24,018 nucleotides of DNA from Candidatus Thorarchaeota archaeon (GTDB lineage: Archaea; Asgardarchaeota; Thorarchaeia; Thorarchaeales; Thorarchaeaceae), in NCBI GenBank assembly GCA_003345545.1, contig PRDH01000034.1, positions 1 to 24,018 on the forward strand, in the 5' to 3' direction. The position numbers were made by a program, and so were the translations under genes. Under the pieces are notes generated by a model. It was not told the origin of the DNA. It did not search any database and saw nothing but the letters and a program-made list of their open reading frames with translations. This document shows, one piece after another, positions 1-9,810 of this stretch (positions are counted from its first letter, which is position 1; every line of letters begins with the position of its first letter).

Positions 1-22
1 CGATTACCATGTCTAGTATCCA

Positions 23-160
23 CTAGAATGGGCACGGATCTTCGCACGGTGGCTGAACAACGGTTGAGATACCGCGCACGACACCAATTGATAGTAACTC
101 CAATGCGGCACGATTCTTGGTCATGTTCTCATAGAGAGTTCGTATCCGGTCTGTGCTGAT
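23..160 (-). CDS. Putative small peptide, not in ORF track: (I/M)STDRIRTLYENMTKNRAALELLSIGVVRGISTVVQPPCEDPCPF; alternative ATG start at 124 gives 33 aa
   Basis: Manual translation. GGAGGTGA SD (+ strand tcacctcc, 167-174) lies 6 nt before an ATC codon; in-frame ATG at 124; TAG stop at 23-25. A further ATG at 8-10 may start a downstream gene outside the window. Confidence 0.45.
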   Translation of the reverse strand: MSTDRIRTLYENMTKNRAALELLSIGVVRGISTVVQPPCEDPCPF

Positions 161-557
161 CGCTTTTCACCTCCGTTCATTGCTGGGCATAGTCTGGTAT
201 GGTGGACACACTGACTTTGCTCTAGCCGATGCGACGTGATTGACCTTATGTTTCGTAGTTAGTCGCCTGCCTCTGACTAGATAGGCAAGATGGTCTGATC
301 TGTATCGGTCAGTATCACCTAACCTATGAGCTCAGTCTGCAGTGTGAATCCAAGCACATACAACCGAATCCGACATAATAAGCACGTGGTGTGCGGAGGA
401 ATTTACTAGAATGGCTTCTAGACGCCTTTGGAGGGCACATGTTTTTCGAGGTTATTGAACGTCTTATGCAGGTATTACAGCAGTATCACAAAGCGGTCTT
501 GCAACACGTTCAAATCTTAACAAGTGGCCATATTACCTAGGTATTCGGTGGACCATC

Positions 558-1631
558 ATGCGTACAATGAGTCCTAGTGAGCTTCGATTGATCAGTAGGT
601 TAGCAATCGATTCATCACTACGACAGGCTGGGCTAGCAAGAGACTTGCATGTGACCCGTTCTGCAGTGAATCAAATCTGGCAAAATCTAGAACGTGAGAA
701 TGGGCTCAAGATAAGAGGAAACCTTGATTATGGCAAAGTCGGTCTTCAGATGGTCTTCGGTTGGGCTATTGCCAGTGAAGAATCCAATATCCTTGAGAAG
801 TTTCACCGGTGGCTGAAGTCTAGCAAGTTGGTCACTTTAGCACTACAATCGCTGATTTCTTCGACATTCAACTCTCTTGTCTATTTCGAAGCCTTGTTAC
901 CTCTAGACAGTCAGTATGGCTGGTTCCAGAATCAAATCGACCGATTCAGAAAAAAACCATACTCTCTGACATTATACACCTGTGACTGCTCGAAAATATC
1001 CTATCATCTGAATCTGGGGTTGTTCGATGGAACCAACTGGAACTTCCCTGAGAGCTTCCGACTTGAGGCATCGATTGGCGCAGCGAGAGGATATGTGGAT
1101 ATCCTCCCTGTAGTCGGAACCGTTGAACAGAGTTCTCCCAGCGCTCCCATCATCGACGGCCTCATTGTTGCAGCAGCAATTGAAAGTGACTACAACACGG
1201 ATGCTCCAAGCTTGGCATCTGCCTATAGTGGACTAGGACTGAAACCGTCTTCGGACCGTACACTACGGAGAAGAATCGCTCGGGCAAGGAAGAAACTTGC
1301 AGCACCATATGTTGAGATTAGCAATATCGGTCTCGATCAACATATCATGGTTTCTTTTCGTGACGATGTCCTGAAAGAGTCTGTATTCTCTCGCGTTCTC
1401 CACGCTCAAGCTAGCACCTTTCCGAAGGCACGAGTTCTATCGGGTCCTGGTCTTACACTTCTCGACTTAGAAGTACCGAGCAACATCAACTGGCTTCCCC
1501 TCTCACAAGTGATGTCAGGTCTTGCTGGGAATTCCTCGGAGATATGTACATTTATAGCCAACCAACGCGAGAAATCAAATCGACTTGAGAGTGTGGTGTC
1601 CTATCTGGCATCTCGCGCTTCCTCTGGATGA
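558..1631 (+). CDS. Winged-HTH protein with apparent duplicated Lrp/AsnC-like architecture (putative regulator)
   Basis: N-terminal HTH (LRQAGLARDLHVTRSAVNQIWQNLE) and a second HTH-like segment (SSDRTLRRRIARARK), each followed by an alpha/beta region. Confidence 0.65.
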   Translation: MRTMSPSELRLISRLAIDSSLRQAGLARDLHVTRSAVNQIWQNLERENGLKIRGNLDYGKVGLQMVFGWAIASEESNILEKFHRWLKSSKLVTLALQSLISSTFNSLVYFEALLPLDSQYGWFQNQIDRFRKKPYSLTLYTCDCSKISYHLNLGLFDGTNWNFPESFRLEASIGAARGYVDILPVVGTVEQSSPSAPIIDGLIVAAAIESDYNTDAPSLASAYSGLGLKPSSDRTLRRRIARARKKLAAPYVEISNIGLDQHIMVSFRDDVLKESVFSRVLHAQASTFPKARVLSGPGLTLLDLEVPSNINWLPLSQVMSGLAGNSSEICTFIANQREKSNRLESVVSYLASRASSG

Positions 1632-1643
1632 AATCATCCGGCG

Positions 1644-3110
1644 TTGAAAACATTGAATAAAACTCGTTCGGGAACGGAAGAGGCAAATCGCGATTCCAGT
1701 TCATATCAGATTTTCATAGAAACGCCATATGATGATTTGATACCACACGTTGATGATCCATCGGTGCAATTCTATCTGGATGTAATGAGAATATACCTTG
1801 GCCTCTGTGCAGGCTCGATTACCATGGAAGCCGCCCTGAAGGCTGTCGATGTATTGAAGGAGAATCCAGAGTACACTGTTTCTCCAACTAATCCAACACT
1901 GGTCCCGATAAACGAGCGGTACAAGAAGAAGATGCTTGAGAATCTCAAGACTCTCAGCAAATTCAACCTATTCACCGCGAGTGCAATAAGGTCTGCGTAC
2001 AACTTCGTGTTCTTGGTTGAGGATGCTCCGGTTAGCGAAAATGATTTGACGGTGCTCTCTGCGATATGCAAGAATCCAGTGATCTCCCTCGTAGATGTTT
2101 CCAATCTGCTCAACTTGGCTCCCCGGACTGTTGCACGTTCTCTGGAGCGACTTCGAGAGAGAAACAATCTTCGAGTGTCTTTTCTGATTGATTACACAGC
2201 ATTTAACCTTCAATCAGTGATAATCTTTTTCACCCTTCAGAAGGGCGTCGAATGGGAACAACTCGAGCAAGACCTATCTCGGTATCCATTTACAAAGAGT
2301 ATTCTTAGGACTGCCATGACTGATGTGGGATACGCGACATTCCTTATTCCCAACTTCGAAGAAAACATGCCGTTGTTCAATAAATCAATCCGAGGGATTG
2401 GAAAATCTGTCTTCGATTACTCTAGCATACATATCCAGACTCAATCGGGGGCAAAATCAGATATCACACTGTATAGTAATGATTCATGGGATTTGCCGGG
2501 GGATTTAGAGAACCTACTGAAGAGAGATCAACCAGTCAGTCCGGAGGACTATCCTCCCCTTCTTTATTCCACTGGTGCAAAGCTCGGTTTTACTAAAGAA
2601 GACTTCATAGTAGCTGCACAGATGCAGTTGGACGCCAGAGCGCCTCCAAGCAAACTCAGTGAAAGACTACGGCTGCGAGGGATAGACATCGACCCGAAAA
2701 AAGTGTCTACCATCACGCGAAAACTCCATAGTCATGGGCTTACTCTTCCTTACTTGATATTCAGTCTTCCAAGACTCTCTTCTAACTTCTGTTTTGAAAT
2801 CGTTTGCACTGATGACTGGAAATCCCATGTCTTGGCGACAATCAAGAAGTTCCCATGGGTGATGTATTATCTGTCCTCAAGAGGAATCATTGTATGGACC
2901 ATGACTCCCGGACAGCATCAGGTAGAGTACTATCAACTCTTTCGTGCATTGGAACAGAAACCAGGTGTGGATTCAGTTCAACCAATCATGACGATCTCTC
3001 CTCGTGGATCCAAATCAATGCTGGACCTGACAAGAGGATTGGCCTATATCGATGGAAGATGGTCAGTTGACTCAAAATCAATCGATATTGCTAACTATAT
3101 GGACTTCTAG
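1644..3110 (+). CDS. Winged-HTH protein, duplicated Lrp/AsnC-like, with an N-terminal helical extension; start codon uncertain
   Basis: HTH at ISLVDVSNLLNLAPRTVARSLERLRE and a second at PPSKLSERLRLRGIDIDPKKVSTITRKL; starts 12 bp after the previous gene. Confidence 0.65.
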   Translation: MKTLNKTRSGTEEANRDSSSYQIFIETPYDDLIPHVDDPSVQFYLDVMRIYLGLCAGSITMEAALKAVDVLKENPEYTVSPTNPTLVPINERYKKKMLENLKTLSKFNLFTASAIRSAYNFVFLVEDAPVSENDLTVLSAICKNPVISLVDVSNLLNLAPRTVARSLERLRERNNLRVSFLIDYTAFNLQSVIIFFTLQKGVEWEQLEQDLSRYPFTKSILRTAMTDVGYATFLIPNFEENMPLFNKSIRGIGKSVFDYSSIHIQTQSGAKSDITLYSNDSWDLPGDLENLLKRDQPVSPEDYPPLLYSTGAKLGFTKEDFIVAAQMQLDARAPPSKLSERLRLRGIDIDPKKVSTITRKLHSHGLTLPYLIFSLPRLSSNFCFEIVCTDDWKSHVLATIKKFPWVMYYLSSRGIIVWTMTPGQHQVEYYQLFRALEQKPGVDSVQPIMTISPRGSKSMLDLTRGLAYIDGRWSVDSKSIDIANYMDF

Positions 3111-4035
3111 GAGCCCAATCCGGTTTCTTGCATGTGTTCTTGGCCTGGACTAGTTGGTTGACGCCTTCGTGATTAGATCCTTGAGGCGGCCCGAAGACGA
3201 TCATTGTCACTCCTAGCTTTTCGAACTGCAGCAGGCGGTTACAGACTCCTTCTAAGTTCTCGCAGACACAGAACCTATCAATGATGCTTTGGTCAAGCAG
3301 TTGAATCACGTTCTCATCGACTTTGCCTCTCTCTCGAAAGAGTGAGAGCGCAGGGAGGAGGGCCTCGTAAAGATTGAACTGTTTCATCATAGCTGGACTC
3401 AGCCCAAGCGCAACAACTGCTGCAGAGCCTCGTACTCCTAGACGTTCATGACAGGAAACAGAATCTCCAACTAATGTGGGTGGGAACACCCCGACCCCAA
3501 ATCCGGCAGGAACTCTTCCAAGTGCAGTAATGGCCCATTGAATCATTTCAGGGTCCGAGTAATTCAGAAGCACTCCATCTGAAGCCCTTGAAATCTCTAT
3601 CATCTTGAATCCCTGTGCGCCGAAGAACACACGACAATCCTTGAAGTCAGCTAGTCCCTCGCGCACCGCGCTTAGCGACTCTGCCATCTCTTTCACAAGC
3701 GCAGTCCCCTTTCCATATTGAACACCAATGTTTGCTAGACGAGTCTTATCTCCGGGCCCAAGCAAGAGATCGAATCGATTGCCATGTGCTCTTATTAGAC
3801 TAGACATGAACCTGACTATCTGCGTCGGCGGATAGATGAGTGGGCTCAGGAGGCCCACACCAATTCTGCACTTCACAGTCTTTTGAGCGACAACTGAAGC
3901 CAAGACTGGTGACAACTTTGTTGCAGGATAGTCGGTGATCCAGACAGAATCCAAGCCTCCGGTATCCGCGACCATTGCCTTCTCAACAATCTCGGAAACC
4001 GGCTCTCTGAGATTGATGGCTATTCCCCACTCCAT
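3091..4035 (-). CDS. LLM-class flavin/F420-dependent oxidoreductase (Mer-like)
   Basis: GLDSVWITD, RIGVG, GAQG.KM...DGVLLN and G....VFGPP motifs typical of the luciferase-like family. Confidence 0.8.
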   Translation of the reverse strand: MEWGIAINLREPVSEIVEKAMVADTGGLDSVWITDYPATKLSPVLASVVAQKTVKCRIGVGLLSPLIYPPTQIVRFMSSLIRAHGNRFDLLLGPGDKTRLANIGVQYGKGTALVKEMAESLSAVREGLADFKDCRVFFGAQGFKMIEISRASDGVLLNYSDPEMIQWAITALGRVPAGFGVGVFPPTLVGDSVSCHERLGVRGSAAVVALGLSPAMMKQFNLYEALLPALSLFRERGKVDENVIQLLDQSIIDRFCVCENLEGVCNRLLQFEKLGVTMIVFGPPQGSNHEGVNQLVQAKNTCKKPDWAPRSPYS

Positions 4036-5027
4036 CAGGAGCCTCTCCTCTGATGTATCTCATGGAAGATCTCGGTCATCGCTCCCCTCCAATCCCCACT
4101 GAATGGAGGCCCAAGAACTACTTCTGTCACCCCCAGTTTCTGTATCTCCTCGAATCTGTCAATCATATGCTCCTTTGTTCCAGAAACTGCAAAGGTGTCG
4201 ATGAAGTCTTGATTAATCAGATCCGCCCCGACCTTCGGTCCCGATGCTGCAACGACTTCGCGTATTCTGTCCGCTCGGTTTCTGTCAATGTCCAAAAGGT
4301 CCAGCACTTGCTTAGGAGTATCTGCAACAACCAAGGCGACGACTTGCTTTGCGAGTCTGTCACTACCTCCCTTGAACGTTGGAATTGTTGGTAGCCACAC
4401 TACTCTCTCAATCTCTCTCAGAGTCTTCTCTCTCTCATGTGCAACCTTGTCTATCGTATCCATTGCATATCGTAGATACTCCATAGGTCCTGAGAGAATG
4501 ACTCCATCTGCCATCTCTCCTGCAAGCCTAAGCATCTGGGGACCGCGAACTCCAAAGAAGATTGGAATGTCAATTGGTTGACTGATTCGCAGGCTGAACT
4601 CTGTGAGATTGAAGAGCTCGGACTTCATGGTCACAGAATCGGCATTGAAGAGCTGTCTAAGAGCTAGAGTCACATCGCGCAACGCGCTCACGGGTCTGTC
4701 TACCTTCAGTCCTGCCCTCTGCAGGGCCTGAATACCCCCAAGACCCAATCCAAGAACGAATCTTCCATTGCCGACCTCCTGCAGTGTATAGGCCATCCTG
4801 GCTACTGTTGAAACATTATGTACAGCAAGTGGTGTGATGCCGGTACCGACTCTGGCCCGGGTTGTGCCCTCTAGCAGCAATGATGAGAGAATAGAGGGTT
4901 CTTGTCCCACACCTATGTCCTCGCCAATCCAAATTCCTTCTACTCCTAATGAGTCCGCATTCTGGCCTATCCATTTTGTAGCACTCGTATTCATACTTGT
5001 CGTAATGCCGATGCTTGCTCTGTACAT
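4035..5027 (-). CDS. LLM-class flavin/F420-dependent oxidoreductase (Mer-like)
   Basis: GIWIGED, RVGTGIT, GRFVLGLGLG, GVRGPQMLRLAGEMADGVIL, GVTEVVLGPP; its stop overlaps the next start by 1 nt. Confidence 0.85.
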   Translation of the reverse strand: MYRASIGITTSMNTSATKWIGQNADSLGVEGIWIGEDIGVGQEPSILSSLLLEGTTRARVGTGITPLAVHNVSTVARMAYTLQEVGNGRFVLGLGLGGIQALQRAGLKVDRPVSALRDVTLALRQLFNADSVTMKSELFNLTEFSLRISQPIDIPIFFGVRGPQMLRLAGEMADGVILSGPMEYLRYAMDTIDKVAHEREKTLREIERVVWLPTIPTFKGGSDRLAKQVVALVVADTPKQVLDLLDIDRNRADRIREVVAASGPKVGADLINQDFIDTFAVSGTKEHMIDRFEEIQKLGVTEVVLGPPFSGDWRGAMTEIFHEIHQRRGS

Positions 5028-5148
5028 GTCTGGCAGCCTGTCTGGTTGTGTTCCTTGTCCAAGTAGCAGTGCCGCTCTTTGAAGTATTCGCCTATCGCTT
5101 GAGAGGCGTATGTATTTCTATATATGCATCATCGGAGTGCTGATTACA

Positions 5149-5703
5149 GTGATTCGCATTATTTGGGGGATAACTGGCTCGGGTGATAGAATAGACGAGA
5201 TTCTGGAAACCATGATTCATCTGAAAGAGATGGATGGGCTGAAGATCTCAGTGGTCGTTTCAAAAGCTGGAGAGCAAGTACTGCGATGGTATAATCTCTT
5301 AGAGCGATTGAGAGCATCCTTTGACAGAGTGCAAATAGAAACCAATGCCAATGTGCCATTCATCGCTGGTCCTCTGCAGATTGGCAAGTATGACCTATTG
5401 ATTGTGGCACCACTTACTGGGAATTCGACAGCAAAGATTGTTTATGGTATTGCTGACACACTAATCACTAATGCGGTTGCTCAGGCACTCAAGGGACATA
5501 CTCCTGTGTATGTCTATCCGGTTGATCAGTTTGAAGAGCCCATTGAAACAGAGAGTCCAGATGGGATAAAGTTCACTGTCCATCCTCGTACCATTGACTT
5601 GGAGAATGTCAATCGGCTGCGCAACATGGAGTCCGTCACAGTGCTGACGAAACCCTCTGAGATTGTTGACATTGTAAGGAGAAATGTGCATGAGGAGTCA
5701 TGA
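5149..5703 (+). CDS. afpA: Archaeoflavoprotein AfpA-like / HFCD-family flavoprotein
   Basis: IIWGITGSG, VSKAGEQV, GPLQIGKYDLLIVAPLTGNSTAKIVYGIADTLITNAVAQA and PVD. GTG at 5149 after GGAGTG is a likelier start than ATG 5110. Confidence 0.75.
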   Translation: MIRIIWGITGSGDRIDEILETMIHLKEMDGLKISVVVSKAGEQVLRWYNLLERLRASFDRVQIETNANVPFIAGPLQIGKYDLLIVAPLTGNSTAKIVYGIADTLITNAVAQALKGHTPVYVYPVDQFEEPIETESPDGIKFTVHPRTIDLENVNRLRNMESVTVLTKPSEIVDIVRRNVHEES

Positions 5704-6381
5704 ATGAATCTCCTTCCCACCGAATCAACGAAGAGCATGATACAGGAGTCCATCATCAGGTGGTTCGATGCAAATGGCAGAGACCTTCCTTGGAGGACTA
5801 CTTCAGATCCCTATGAAGTACTGATTGCAGAAATGCTTCTGAGACGCACGACTGCGACTGCAGTGGCGCGGATCTATTCCGCGTTCATAAGGCGATTCGA
5901 GCGACCAGAGCGACTTGCACGGGCAAGAGTCCGAACGATCGCATCTATGGTCGGCACACTAGGACTCCAGAATCTTAGAGCTCGGCATCTGCAACAGACC
6001 GCAGCCCACATAGTGAAGGAATTCAAAGGGTCCATCCCTGACACAATGGAAGGACTGGTCAATCTACCCGGTGTCGGAGTATATGTCGCCTCTGCGGTCT
6101 TGAACTTTGCATTTTGTAGACCTTCGCCGCTTGTCGACGGTAACACTATTCACCTGCTGTCACGGCTGTTCGAGTTGGAATTTGCTGGTCCTGCTGATCG
6201 AAACGCTTGGGATTTCATAGCGTCCTTTGAACTCGGAGGACAAAACAAGGCCTTCTACTGGGGTATTATTGATCTCGTCGCTATGGTCTGCTTGAGGCGA
6301 GTTCCTCGGTGTGAGATATGCCCTCTTCATGAACCGTGTATATGGAGGCACAAGAACAAACCTGCATTCAAGACTGGTTGA
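5704..6381 (+). CDS. HhH-GPD DNA glycosylase, Mig/TDG (T:G mismatch)-like, MutY family, with [4Fe-4S] motif
   Basis: RDLPWR...DPYEVLIAEMLLRRT, LPGVGVYVA, VDGN, and C-x6-C-x2-C-x5-C. LRRT rather than MutY LQQT, and the short length, point to Mig. Confidence 0.8.
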   Translation: MNLLPTESTKSMIQESIIRWFDANGRDLPWRTTSDPYEVLIAEMLLRRTTATAVARIYSAFIRRFERPERLARARVRTIASMVGTLGLQNLRARHLQQTAAHIVKEFKGSIPDTMEGLVNLPGVGVYVASAVLNFAFCRPSPLVDGNTIHLLSRLFELEFAGPADRNAWDFIASFELGGQNKAFYWGIIDLVAMVCLRRVPRCEICPLHEPCIWRHKNKPAFKTG

Positions 6382-6414
6382 TAGTCCGAACATGCTTCAA
6401 TGGATTCTCCAATC

Positions 6415-6792
6415 CTAGTCTAAATCGGGTATTGGAATCTCTATTGTGATTTTCCCACCGCATGGACAGTTGGCTGAGATTGGATACTTATCATGTGTGT
6501 CAATCTCTAGGGTTGCGCCCTGTAGGGCAGCCTGGTCAATCATTGTCTGCATATTATGGACCATGTATCTTGCAAACCCTGTCACAAGCTCTGGTATAGA
6601 CATATCATCAATCCAGTAAATGAATCTCGAGCAACTAGGGCAATGACTTAGAATTACTCGTGTGCCGTCACCACAGCTTCTGCACTGTAAGTCTGAATGG
6701 TGAAATTCCGGGGCATTTGGACACGGTAGTATGATTTGATTCTTTGCGCCACAACGGTAGCAATAGTATTCAAAGTTGACATCTTCAGTCAT
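6415..6792 (-). CDS. Cys-rich multi-zinc-ribbon hypothetical protein
   Basis: CYRC, CRSC, CPSC and CPC motifs. Confidence 0.7.
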   Translation of the reverse strand: MTEDVNFEYYCYRCGAKNQIILPCPNAPEFHHSDLQCRSCGDGTRVILSHCPSCSRFIYWIDDMSIPELVTGFARYMVHNMQTMIDQAALQGATLEIDTHDKYPISANCPCGGKITIEIPIPDLD

Positions 6793-6921
6793 GAGGGTCG
6801 ACCCCGCTGGAAGTTCCTACGCAATAAACCTCTTTGTTGCACTTGTGTCGGTTTCCTTTGTTTTCTAAAGATGACGACCTAATAAGGGGCTTGTAGGACT
6901 ACACTAGCGAAGTGTCCACAG

Positions 6922-7116
6922 ATGTTGATTGAACAGCCTGCTATCAAACTGCTGTCTCTCCTACTCGTTTTTCTCAGTGAGAACTATTCGGCTAGCAAGA
7001 ACCGATGCGATTTCTGTGGCACTGCTCCACCGAGCTTCAGCAAGTCTTTTCTCATAAGTAACAAATGGGTCTGTGTCAACTGCATTGTCCGTAGAATCCA
7101 AACAGAGCCGTGTTAG
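6922..7116 (+). CDS. Small putative C4 zinc-finger protein
   Basis: CDFC-x18-CVNC; fills an intergenic gap. Confidence 0.45.
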   Translation: MLIEQPAIKLLSLLLVFLSENYSASKNRCDFCGTAPPSFSKSFLISNKWVCVNCIVRRIQTEPC

Positions 7117-7174
7117 TGACCAACAATCAAAACCGAAAAGTGAAAAGAGAGTTCGGATTGTTCAGAAGTACTAG

Positions 7175-7957
7175 GTGAATCCTTTGAAGAAGAGAGTTCA
7201 ACCGCATCTGAGAGTAGGAGAAGGTGATGTAGAGAAGGCAGTCATCATCACCGGCAATCCTGATCGTGTACCCATAATTGCATCGAAGATGAAGGATGCC
7301 GAAGAGCGTGCCCGACACAGGGGTCTGGTGACATATCATGCCTATACACCAAAAGGAAATCCTGTCACGATTTCCGGTACGGGAATGGGCGTTGCATCGA
7401 CTCACATCTGCATTGAAGAGCTAGCAAAACTGGGTGCAAAGGTGATAATTCGGCTTGGAAGTTGTGGAGGAATCGATCCATTGGTCATAACTGGCAATGT
7501 GGTTGTTCCGACAGGTTGTGTTCGAGATGAACGAGCGAGTCTGAACTATGCGCCGATAGAATACCCTGCAGTTGCCTCGCCTGTCTGGTTCAATGCTCTC
7601 TATGAAGAGATCTCCAGGACCCTTCCCCCAGAACGTGTACACGCTGGTATATGCCTGACAACGGACATCTATTATACGAATCCAGACTACGACAGATTAG
7701 ATTTGTGGACCCGAGCGAGGGTCAAATGTGTGGAGATGGAGAGTTCGCTCGTTTTCACGTTTGCACAGACCCGGGGGTTAGATGCAGCTTCGATTCTTTC
7801 CTGTGATGGCAATCTCCATGGTGCTCAAAAAGGCGAGCAGAAGGATGAATCTGAGAAGACCGGAGAACAAGACCCGCTCATCATCGAAGCGATTGAAAAG
7901 ACAGTGCAGGCAACCATCGCATCCATTGATAGAGTCTTCAAGAAACAGCATGTGTGA
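7175..7957 (+). CDS. Nucleoside (uridine-type) phosphorylase
   Basis: GNPDRV, TGMGVAS...EEL, IRLGSCG, VRDE, VEMES. Confidence 0.9.
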   Translation: MNPLKKRVQPHLRVGEGDVEKAVIITGNPDRVPIIASKMKDAEERARHRGLVTYHAYTPKGNPVTISGTGMGVASTHICIEELAKLGAKVIIRLGSCGGIDPLVITGNVVVPTGCVRDERASLNYAPIEYPAVASPVWFNALYEEISRTLPPERVHAGICLTTDIYYTNPDYDRLDLWTRARVKCVEMESSLVFTFAQTRGLDAASILSCDGNLHGAQKGEQKDESEKTGEQDPLIIEAIEKTVQATIASIDRVFKKQHV

Positions 7958-8011
7958 CAGAACAACACATTGTTAACAGGGTGATGACGCGTACCTTTTT
8001 GGTGGCTATCA

Positions 8012-8659
8012 ATGACACCTGAAGGCACAGAGCCTCATCGAATGGCAAACTCAAGATCCTATTTGATCATGAGAGCTGAGACAGAAGAAGCTCTGAAGCT
8101 CACTGATGCGTGGTGGGAAGAGAAGAGGGCCCCAGGCTACGTAAGGATTCAGCCACTGGACCTTAAGGAAATTGAGGACTTTGTAGACCTCTACAACAGA
8201 TGCTTTCTCGCTTCTCCAGATCCCTTCTGCCCTCTCACATCAGAAGAGGCACGAAGACTCGATTCAGAGGGGATCTTTGTGGCCAGATTCGCAGGGAAGC
8301 TCTCCGGATTCATTGCATGTTTTGTTGAGAAACAGACAGAGCCTATCTATGGTGAGATAACCGGCATAGGGGTCACTCCAAACCGAAGAAGAAAAGGCAT
8401 AGCTACTGCGCTCATCAAGAGAGCGACGCAATACTTCCTTGACGCTGGTGTTGATGATGTATACTGTGAAGTCTATGGGGAGAACATTCCCTCCCAGATG
8501 CTCATCATGGCCTATGGATTCAAGGAGGTAGGGCGAAGAGAGATGCCCCTGTCCGTTCCAGTTGGGCCCGAGGCTGTCGGAGAACTACCAAGCGGCAAGA
8601 TAATGCGTCGTCTAGGTCTGAGGCCAAGGGCTGGATATGAAACTTGTCGGGATATCTAG
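8012..8659 (+). CDS. GNAT N-acetyltransferase
   Basis: IGVTPNRRRKGIATAL acetyl-CoA motif A; N.PS......GF motif B. Confidence 0.85.
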   Translation: MTPEGTEPHRMANSRSYLIMRAETEEALKLTDAWWEEKRAPGYVRIQPLDLKEIEDFVDLYNRCFLASPDPFCPLTSEEARRLDSEGIFVARFAGKLSGFIACFVEKQTEPIYGEITGIGVTPNRRRKGIATALIKRATQYFLDAGVDDVYCEVYGENIPSQMLIMAYGFKEVGRREMPLSVPVGPEAVGELPSGKIMRRLGLRPRAGYETCRDI

Positions 8660-9809
8660 CAGCAGAGTGGACAGCTTATTAGCCAGATGCGCCCACTCCA
8701 TGAGTGTCATGAATGAACCTGCGGCTGAGGACTCTCACTTTCTTATCTCCCCAGGAAAAATCACCCTCAGGCATCTCGAAAAAGTGAGTAATCCCCAATC
8801 TATCCATGGTATCTACCCCTACAGAGGGAAGATGTCTCCCATCGATGCTGCCCAGATCATCTCTCAATTCGCTCCTCATTCGCGATTGCTGGATCCATTC
8901 TGTGGTACAGGAACAATAGTCTATGAAGCGCAACAATATGGACTGCTTGGTACTGGAGTTGATAACAACCCTCTCGCTTGCATGATTGCTCGTGGAAAGA
9001 CTGAGCCTCTGGACAAGGAAGCAGTTCTCATTCATCTTGAAAATGCAATTGCAGATGCTCAAGCTCTCACAGATTTCCCCAGAATGCCCGCAGGCCCTGC
9101 CAGGTACTTTCACTCAACAACAGCTGATCAGATAATGAGGATACTATCCGTGTCAAGAGATTTCTCCCCGTTCCTTCTGGCATGTTTCTATGGAGCGATA
9201 TGCCTTGCAGCAAGAGCATGCAATGGATGGCTGTGGACTTCAACATCTATCGGGAAGATAAACTCGCCTCTGAGATGTATCGATTTCTACTCGGCACTTC
9301 AGCGTAAGGTACGAAAGCATGTTGATTTTGTGCGGGGTGCGCCGCCAGCCAAAATTCACATCCATGATGCGCGCCTCATACATGAAATCATTCCCTCACA
9401 TTCTATTGATATTGTATACACCAGTCCTCCTTACTTTGATGCACTGGACTATACAGGTTACTACACGAAACTGGTACTAGAGATACTGGATGTTGATAGA
9501 GCTCGAATTCGTGGTGGATTGATACAGAGATTCGCTACCTATAGAAAAGACATGCGTGACGCATTGCTTGCCATCGACACAGTGGTCCATGACAAGTCGA
9601 TAATCATCTTCGTTGTTGGAAATAGGATGGTTCACAAGAAGCTCGTACGCGGCGCTGACTTTTTTTCGGATATTGCCCCTTGGGCTAATCCATATGTCAT
9701 AGAGCGCGAGTACACGAATACTGCAAGCGAGCTCTGGGACAGCATAAACGCCACCCGGCGAAAGGAACAGGTGATTGTATGGAACCTGGCCACTGGAGGA
9801 CGCAAGTAG
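8637..9809 (+). CDS. Amino (likely N4-cytosine) DNA methyltransferase, alpha-type motif order; true start may be 8700 or 8709
   Basis: HGIYPYRGKM, LDPFCGTGT (motif I) N-terminal, TSPPY (motif IV) C-terminal. Confidence 0.85.
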   Translation: MKLVGISSSRVDSLLARCAHSMSVMNEPAAEDSHFLISPGKITLRHLEKVSNPQSIHGIYPYRGKMSPIDAAQIISQFAPHSRLLDPFCGTGTIVYEAQQYGLLGTGVDNNPLACMIARGKTEPLDKEAVLIHLENAIADAQALTDFPRMPAGPARYFHSTTADQIMRILSVSRDFSPFLLACFYGAICLAARACNGWLWTSTSIGKINSPLRCIDFYSALQRKVRKHVDFVRGAPPAKIHIHDARLIHEIIPSHSIDIVYTSPPYFDALDYTGYYTKLVLEILDVDRARIRGGLIQRFATYRKDMRDALLAIDTVVHDKSIIIFVVGNRMVHKKLVRGADFFSDIAPWANPYVIEREYTNTASELWDSINATRRKEQVIVWNLATGGRK

Positions 9810-9810
9810 A

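Noticed and set aside
558-3110. AhbA/AhbB (NirDLGH) siroheme decarboxylase, which also has an Lrp-like fold
   Set aside because: Proteins are much longer, show no recognisable Ahb motifs, and no heme-synthesis genes are adjacent.
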